Of a stretch of 56,079 bases of DNA, positions 50,519-56,079 are shown one piece after another. Positions within the stretch are counted from its first letter, which is position 1, and each line of letters starts with the position of its first letter. The notes under the pieces are model-generated. The model was not told the origin of the DNA. It saw only the letters and a program-made list of their open reading frames with translations, and did no database searches. The position numbers were made by a program, and so were the translations under genes. The stretch is from an uncultured Candidatus Peribacteria bacterium (GTDB lineage: Bacteria; Patescibacteriota; Gracilibacteria; RBG-16-42-10). The stretch covers positions 496,001-552,079 of the forward strand of contig CAZERA010000001.1 in NCBI GenBank assembly GCA_964514565.1. The letters run 5' to 3'.

Positions 50519-53146
50519 TTATAGTGATTGAGGAGTAATCATTGCTACTCGTTGTTCGGTGTTTGGAGTAGTTCGTACTCTTTGAGCCAACATATTTGGT
50601 GAACGACTATATTCACCGAGGTTTCTCAGGGAATTAGTTCTGATCACTACTGCTGGTTCACCTGCTAGCATATTGATTCCTTGGGCATTAGTCCACTCTG
50701 TAATGACAATATCACCATCTGGAGTAGTACCAAAAGCGATGGTGTCACCATGGGCAATGTGGTGAAGAATATGATGAGCTCTAGAATTATAACTGGCTAA
50801 GTTCTCAAACATAATACTTTGATCTTCTAGACCTGCTACGTAGCCAGGGAAAGATAAACGAAAAGGAGTACTGCGCATGTAAGCATCCAAGGCATTGTAA
50901 ATATTGGCCATAGCATCATGTTGATCTACCCGATATTGCCAAGGATTACTCACATGTACTGTTTCATCAGCATGAAACGTGACTGCATTATAGCCAGGCA
51001 AAGCCACTGCAGCAGTATTTGCTGTGTTTGCTAGTCTGAGATTATCAGGAGTAAATGCTCCATTTTGATGCCAGAAGCGGTCATGACCAGCGATTGTGAC
51101 TGGAGCATAGTGCAGTACTTGTCTTACCCCGGCTTGGTCAGTGCCCATACTCATGCTATAAGCTGCTTGTTGGAAGGGTGCTACATGTTGAGGTTCTAGA
51201 TTAGAGTCGTACGTCGCGTTGTTTACAACCGGAGAGGGTTCGCTAACTGTCATGATGTCTTGAACGCCTTGATAGCCGTTCACAGCAGCAATAACAGTTG
51301 TAAATGCTACAGTTGCTTTGTGCCCTCTTAAAAAGTCGGCAAAGCTAAAATCGCTAACGCTTTGCTTGATTGCTCCAAACCAGTTCTTTACTTCAGCTAC
51401 GCCTTTTTTGAGTCCAGTGGTAAACTGAGACCAAAGTGAAGGCTGTGGTTCCAAATCAATTTCTTCTAATTTCTCTTCAGACTTTAGGTCTACTAGAGGT
51501 GCTTTAGTCTGAGGAACTGGAGGGAGTTTTGCTCTGGGATCAGGTACTTTCATTCCTAGTGCTTGATAATCACCAAAAAGCTTGTCGCTTAATAGTGAGC
51601 TTCCCAGCGCTTCATGGAAGTGAATTCTATTGAGTGGAGACAGACCCTCTGCCATTCTTGTAATTATGTCGGTCCTGCGTTTAGGCATTAGTTCAATCAG
51701 TTTTTTTGCCGTGGTGATTTGTTCTGTAAGTAGCTTTTTGTCAGTAATGAGTTGGTGTTCACTTGCTCTCTTTACAGCTACTGGAAAGACTGATTGTTGA
51801 CGCTGGTCGAGTGGTGCAATAGCCTCACGTATTAGCTTGGTGCTATTGAATGGAGCGTATTTAACTGACTGAATAAGGTCTGCTGCTGGTTTTTGTAAAG
51901 GATGAAGTGTTAGTTCTGTTTGAATTTTTTGGAGTAATGCTTTCCGTAATTTATATTCGTCTTGTGCACTAGTGGTGAGGGGGAGTAGTTGGTAGCCAAT
52001 TTCTAACAAAGGATAGACAATAGTAGTACGTGGTAAAGTCGCTTTCACAACCTGTGCAGCAATAGCATTGATTCGATCCGTATATCTTTGAGCTATATCT
52101 TGATTTTTTGCGGCTTCACTCGTTGGCTGTCTACGCATTAGTTGGTGAAATTTCCAAACCAAATTTCTTTGGTCAGGGAAAATCTTCGCTAGTCTCTCCA
52201 ACACTACAAAGTGAGTTTGTTTTTCAGTTATTGCTGTTTTTATCTCTTTGAGAACAATGTTGGTCATCACTCTTAGCTCTGTGACACGTTCGCGCAGTGC
52301 TTTATTGAACGCTAGTCTGAGATTTAAGTCTCTATAAGCAGGTAAAGTATGAAATCCGATTTCTAATGCTTCTAAATAATAACAATTGGTTTTTGCTTCA
52401 TGAGCTAATACTTGCAGAGCAATTGTTTCTATTTGTTGGGTATGTTTAGCTACGGTCGCTGCAATAGGTTCACCTTTTAGTGCTGGTGGATGAGCTAAAG
52501 CATTGCGTAATACTGGCCAGAAAAGATCTTTACCTTTGCGAGTAAAGACTTGCTGAGCTTGATTAACTAATTCAAAAGTTAGTTGTGGTTGCGCTTTGAT
52601 TTTTGAGGCTACCTCATAGGCTTTTGCTACCAATTGTCCTTCATCTTCAGAAAGATCTTCTACAGCAGGTTTCTGGTTCACTAAGTTGAATGCTTCATGA
52701 TCATCTAAAGGATCGTATTCCAACATCTCTACTTGTTCTGGCTTGAAACGGTGTGCCAAAGCAATGGTTGGAATAGCTGGTGGTAGCAACTGTACTTCAA
52801 CATCAGAGCTGTTCGCTGGTTCTTGTACTACGGTAATCCCAGCTTGAGCTAGGACTTGAGTACGATCATGTTGCCCACTGATCTCATCATCGCCATCATC
52901 TAGACCGAAATCGAAAACATCCTGGCTAGGTTCTTCGGCATCTAGAATATTTTCTAGTTCGCCTCGTGTCCCCTTGAGCATCATCTGAGAATTGGGTTTG
53001 TGGTCTTCAGGTAAAGCTACAAAGTCACTTGCTACTGCTAAATTAGATCCTTGCACGATATGTGCAATGGCAGGGCGCATGGTTTCTCGTTCTGGATTTG
53101 GTCCTGGTACAATAGCGAATCTACGAGCTGAAGGTGCTCTGGGCAT
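50519..53146 (-). CDS. large hypothetical protein with internal helical repeats and a probable TM segment
   Basis: 875 aa: acidic disordered N-terminus, repeated LEIG(F/Y)..LP...KAL blocks and hydrophobic ATVAFTTVIAAV. Confidence 0.8.
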   Translation of the reverse strand: MPRAPSARRFAIVPGPNPERETMRPAIAHIVQGSNLAVASDFVALPEDHKPNSQMMLKGTRGELENILDAEEPSQDVFDFGLDDGDDEISGQHDRTQVLAQAGITVVQEPANSSDVEVQLLPPAIPTIALAHRFKPEQVEMLEYDPLDDHEAFNLVNQKPAVEDLSEDEGQLVAKAYEVASKIKAQPQLTFELVNQAQQVFTRKGKDLFWPVLRNALAHPPALKGEPIAATVAKHTQQIETIALQVLAHEAKTNCYYLEALEIGFHTLPAYRDLNLRLAFNKALRERVTELRVMTNIVLKEIKTAITEKQTHFVVLERLAKIFPDQRNLVWKFHQLMRRQPTSEAAKNQDIAQRYTDRINAIAAQVVKATLPRTTIVYPLLEIGYQLLPLTTSAQDEYKLRKALLQKIQTELTLHPLQKPAADLIQSVKYAPFNSTKLIREAIAPLDQRQQSVFPVAVKRASEHQLITDKKLLTEQITTAKKLIELMPKRRTDIITRMAEGLSPLNRIHFHEALGSSLLSDKLFGDYQALGMKVPDPRAKLPPVPQTKAPLVDLKSEEKLEEIDLEPQPSLWSQFTTGLKKGVAEVKNWFGAIKQSVSDFSFADFLRGHKATVAFTTVIAAVNGYQGVQDIMTVSEPSPVVNNATYDSNLEPQHVAPFQQAAYSMSMGTDQAGVRQVLHYAPVTIAGHDRFWHQNGAFTPDNLRLANTANTAAVALPGYNAVTFHADETVHVSNPWQYRVDQHDAMANIYNALDAYMRSTPFRLSFPGYVAGLEDQSIMFENLASYNSRAHHILHHIAHGDTIAFGTTPDGDIVITEWTNAQGINMLAGEPAVVIRTNSLRNLGEYSRSPNMLAQRVRTTPNTEQRVAMITPQSL

Positions 53147-53293
53147 AAACAGTGGAATTAAAATTTCAAAAAAGTGCTAACAAAAGTTAAGACAAATTTA
53201 GGTTACAATTAAAGCTTAATTAGACCTCGATGTGGAGCTTGTGTCTAGTTTAACGGTGGACAAAAAATCAATATCTAAGCCAAAAGTATCTTT

Positions 53294-54181
53294 CTAAAGC
53301 ACTGGCTTGATTGCCTGTAGTTGAAAGTAGACAATTTCGCTCTTTGTTGTGGCATGACAACTAAAGAAATCTTCAATGCCAGTATTGATTTGTAGTAGCT
53401 CTATACTCACTCTTTGTTTGGCGAGGGATTCGAATATACAGGAAAACTTTTTTGCCTCAAGTTCTTGTGTTTCCACTAATTTCCATTGATTTATTTTTGC
53501 TTCTGTTTGAGCTTCAAGCAAATAGTAGAAGGCTACTTGTTCGATCCGTGCATAACATGATCGACCGGCAAAATGTTGGAGGTCAATTAAGCTCTGTTTC
53601 TCTGCTTCAATGATTTTTTTCAACCCGTCACTAGTCACTCGTCTGTAGTAATTCCCTTGTGGTAATGATACGACATTGGCAGCAAAGCGATCGCCACCCA
53701 GATGGCTCGATTGCCAAACCTGCTTGGTGTTTTCTGCGTCTTCAAACAAAGCCTGGCCTACTCGACCACAGCAAGGATCATGCTGGTCATTAGTACAAAT
53801 TAAATAAACTTGTTCAGTAGTTAAATACTGATCATATGCTTTATCTCCATCTATCATACTTTGCCATGAAAGGTTTTGAATATCTTCATAGCTTGCTAAT
53901 GGAATCCGATAGAGTCTCTGATCATTTTCAAAAGCAACTGCAAAGAATAGGACCTTTGTCGTACTTTCATCTTGAGTAATCACTTGTACTCGACTGTCTG
54001 GGCAAAGTGAAAAAATGGTAGTGAGATGTTTTCGATTTGGTTCACCGATATCGATACTAGCGAGTGCACTAGCTCCCCAAGGTTTGGGATGAGTGACAGC
54101 AATCCACACCTTGGCAGGGGAAGCAGTGCCAAGCCATGGTTCTTTGTGATCAGTAGAGATGCGTGAACAATTGTGTTCCAT
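53294..54181 (-). CDS. sucrase/ferredoxin-like (thioredoxin-fold Fe-S) protein
   Basis: Start ATG 54181 (MEHNCS...EPWLGTA...WIA..HPKPWG). YLICTND.HDPCCG..G, VWQSSHLGGDRFAANV..LP.G.YY, and C-terminal SC. Confidence 0.88.
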   Translation of the reverse strand: MEHNCSRISTDHKEPWLGTASPAKVWIAVTHPKPWGASALASIDIGEPNRKHLTTIFSLCPDSRVQVITQDESTTKVLFFAVAFENDQRLYRIPLASYEDIQNLSWQSMIDGDKAYDQYLTTEQVYLICTNDQHDPCCGRVGQALFEDAENTKQVWQSSHLGGDRFAANVVSLPQGNYYRRVTSDGLKKIIEAEKQSLIDLQHFAGRSCYARIEQVAFYYLLEAQTEAKINQWKLVETQELEAKKFSCIFESLAKQRVSIELLQINTGIEDFFSCHATTKSEIVYFQLQAIKPVL

Positions 54182-54235
54182 AAAGTAAAAGGGGAGTTTT
54201 ACTGATATTGCTGATTTGGAGTGATAAAAGCAAAT

Positions 54236-54375
54236 GGACTGAGTGATGGGTAATTCTACATTGTTTTCCACGGTACATTGTCGCCTGAGATACTTCACCC
54301 GCATACGCGGAGTTCGGTATGATGCCCCTAGGGGGCAGTCCAAGGCCAACCTCCCACGGTCCCATTCATCCCGAC
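54236..54375. ncRNA. candidate structured RNA (unclassified)
   Basis: GC-rich island in an AT-rich divergent intergenic region with nested complementary stems (see findings). Confidence 0.4.
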
Positions 54376-54384
54376 TAAAAAAAT

Positions 54385-54446
54385 CTCTGCTCTCTGACCT
54401 CTGATCTCGTACCTCTCTCTCTTCCCTCCTCTCGTATCTCTGATCT
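54385..54446 (+). repeat. 7-bp repeat tract, CTCTGAY/CTCGTAY family
   Basis: ctctgct ctctgac ctctgat ctcgtac ... ctcgtat ctctgat. Confidence 0.8.
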
Positions 54447-54464
54447 AAAATTGCTACAGTATTC

Positions 54465-55694
54465 ATGTCTTACCCCCACTCTATGGAAAATCATCCTCCA
54501 CGTCGTCATACAGCTTGGATTGTTGCTGCTATTATTTTTGATGGTCTGCTTATTTGTGTCGTGCTCTATTGGGTCAATAATATGAATACTGGACCTAAAT
54601 TGCCTCAACCAAATGTGGTTGCTACTAGTACAGCTGTCGCTATGGATGTAGCCACTACTCCTACTAGTACACTGTCGATTTCACCTATTACTACTACTCC
54701 ATTAGTGATGGCTAGCACTGGATCGGTGGTCCCAGCTACACCAGCTAGCTTTGGTGCTCTACCAGTGCTTGATTTCCCTCAAGTCCTTTCCATTACTGAT
54801 CAGAGCAAAAAAGTCAGTTGGAATGAAATTAGCTTTCAATACCCTGGCAACTGGACGGTAGGTGAGGGACGTGATGCTCGCGCTGGTATCACTTTTAGTA
54901 GTACTACCAAGGAAGTTATCAGTATGAGCTGTCCGGTACCTGAGATTGGTTTTGAAGGTTGGGATTTTGACCATCCAGTAATGAAGCTCGAACAAAATAT
55001 TCCTGGTACCAATAACCAATACAAAAAGTCATTAGTGATTGCTCAACCAGTACTACAATGGGGACCTGATGGTAAGCCAGTGTTGGATCCTAAAAACAAA
55101 ACAGGGTTGGGGTGGATTAGTATGCTTACTGTCACCAAGACCAACAATACATCAAAGGCGGCCGTTTATGGCTGTATGATGAACTCCACTTATAATCATG
55201 CTCCTACCGGCACTGAAAAACAGTCTCTGCAAACTATGTACAATTCAGTAGCGATCGATACCAGTGTCCCTGGCGACAACTCTATGGCTAGCATCATTCG
55301 TTATATCAACCAAAGCTACGCGTTCTCAATCGATTTCCCCAAGAGCTGGTCAAAGATTAAGGAAGAGAATCTAACTACTGCTTACAACAAAGATAACGAC
55401 AAACCTTATCGTGCTGTAATTAAACTTTCTCCTGCTGATGCTCCAGCTAAAAGTGGTCGTCATGTCCTGCTCTATATCTACGACAAAGCCCAACTAGGTG
55501 CTAATCCCGCCGAAGTTGATCAACAAGGCGTTACCTACCTAGGCATGAATGCGTACTATGGTTATTACTATTCAGGGTCAGGTTGTGATGCTGCTATGTC
55601 TGATACAGAGGGCTGTAAAACTATCGATGAAGTGAAGGCTACCAACGCAGAGATTGCTAAACTGATGAAGACGTTTCAACTGACGAAGAAGTAA
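54465..55694 (+). CDS. membrane-anchored surface protein with two PsbP-like domains
   Basis: N-terminal TM helix and Thr/Pro linker. ISFQYPGNW and YINQSYAFSIDFPKSW domain starts, each domain ending (M/L)..(S/T)(V/F). Confidence 0.75.
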   Translation: MSYPHSMENHPPRRHTAWIVAAIIFDGLLICVVLYWVNNMNTGPKLPQPNVVATSTAVAMDVATTPTSTLSISPITTTPLVMASTGSVVPATPASFGALPVLDFPQVLSITDQSKKVSWNEISFQYPGNWTVGEGRDARAGITFSSTTKEVISMSCPVPEIGFEGWDFDHPVMKLEQNIPGTNNQYKKSLVIAQPVLQWGPDGKPVLDPKNKTGLGWISMLTVTKTNNTSKAAVYGCMMNSTYNHAPTGTEKQSLQTMYNSVAIDTSVPGDNSMASIIRYINQSYAFSIDFPKSWSKIKEENLTTAYNKDNDKPYRAVIKLSPADAPAKSGRHVLLYIYDKAQLGANPAEVDQQGVTYLGMNAYYGYYYSGSGCDAAMSDTEGCKTIDEVKATNAEIAKLMKTFQLTKK

Positions 55695-55701
55695 GCATTT
55701 T

Positions 55702-55743
55702 AATTGTAAATTCTAAAATCTAAATTTTGAATTTTAAATTGTG
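55702..55743. repeat. AT-rich 7-bp tandem repeat tract
   Basis: aattgta aattcta aaatcta aattttg aatttta aattgtg, between convergent genes. Confidence 0.75.
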
Positions 55744-55812
55744 TTCTGGCTAACTTCTACCGCTTATGTGGAACCTAAGCTTTTACATTTCTTACCTCTT
55801 ACTTTTTCACTT

Positions 55813-56079
55813 TTATTTCACAAGCAAGAAAATGCCCCCCATCAAAAAGATAACAGCTATCACCTTCGTAACTATCTTATGCTCATGGAAGTAAAAGCTG
55901 CCTGAGACCAATGTCCAAAAGGCTTGGGCTGATCTGTATGCCGCACTAATAATCGAGGCAGGTGCATAACTATAAGCAAAGCCATCCAATACAGATCCTA
56001 ATCCCATGCTGCCAGCTTGAAGAAAGGCGAAGGGATGGGTAAACAATTTGAAAAGATTTTGTTTGTTGAATATTTGAGC
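55813..56079 (-). CDS. EamA/DMT-superfamily membrane transporter, C-terminal fragment
   Basis: Frame open to the window edge. AYSYAPASII.A..RS.....TLVSG..YFHE.....K......L..GI.LL is a typical EamA C-terminus. Confidence 0.8.
   Translation of the reverse strand, partial: AQIFNKQNLFKLFTHPFAFLQAGSMGLGSVLDGFAYSYAPASIISAAYRSAQAFWTLVSGSFYFHEHKIVTKVIAVIFLMGGIFLLVK

Noticed and set aside
54270..54330. TPP riboswitch (CTGAGA...ACCC on +) or glycine riboswitch (CTCAGG on -)
   Set aside because: Only isolated sub-motifs are present. The TPP ACCTGA...GCG.AGGGA and glycine GGAGA/CCGAAG elements are missing.
54182..54466. N-terminal extension of the sucrase-ferredoxin ORF to 54466
   Set aside because: The extension runs through the heptamer tract and the structured region. 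Family similarity starts at MEHNCS (54181).

Overview
Chromosomal segment of a bacterium that looks like CPR/Patescibacteria (Peregrinibacteria/Abawacabacteria-like). This is inferred from gene content: standalone VirB4/TraG-type ATPase, TrmB regulator, PsbP-like surface proteins, many orphans, and no Shine-Dalgarno motifs at the starts inspected. It uses standard code 11. Positions 1-14.3 kb hold a minus-strand array of seven paralogous ~550-aa Cys-rich proteins. One of them is missing from the ORF track and is cut by the window edge. A cytochrome b5-like lipoprotein is embedded in the array and a Nif3 gene is divergent from it. Next come two or three possible hot-dog-fold orphans, an M23 peptidase, a DUF1704/MATCAP-like metallopeptidase, an ABC exporter, tRNA-Met and tRNA-Thr, two His-rich proteins, a C39 peptidase, a flippase, orphans, a DEAD-box helicase spanning a 100-N gap, and a VirB4-like ATPase. 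The right part has a complete atpBEFHAGDC operon preceded by a DnaA-box cluster, TrmB, a methyltransferase, TspO, glyA, a Ser/Thr kinase, a sucrase-ferredoxin and a candidate structured RNA. Intergenic DNA carries several 7-bp-period tandem repeat tracts and a CCCGC-N4-GCGGG palindrome family. I saw no CRISPR array, transposase, integrase, reverse transcriptase or rRNA. The best candidate for an undescribed system is the Cys-rich paralog array, whose four predicted Zn sites are switched on or off in different combinations. All family calls are by eye; no database was searched.
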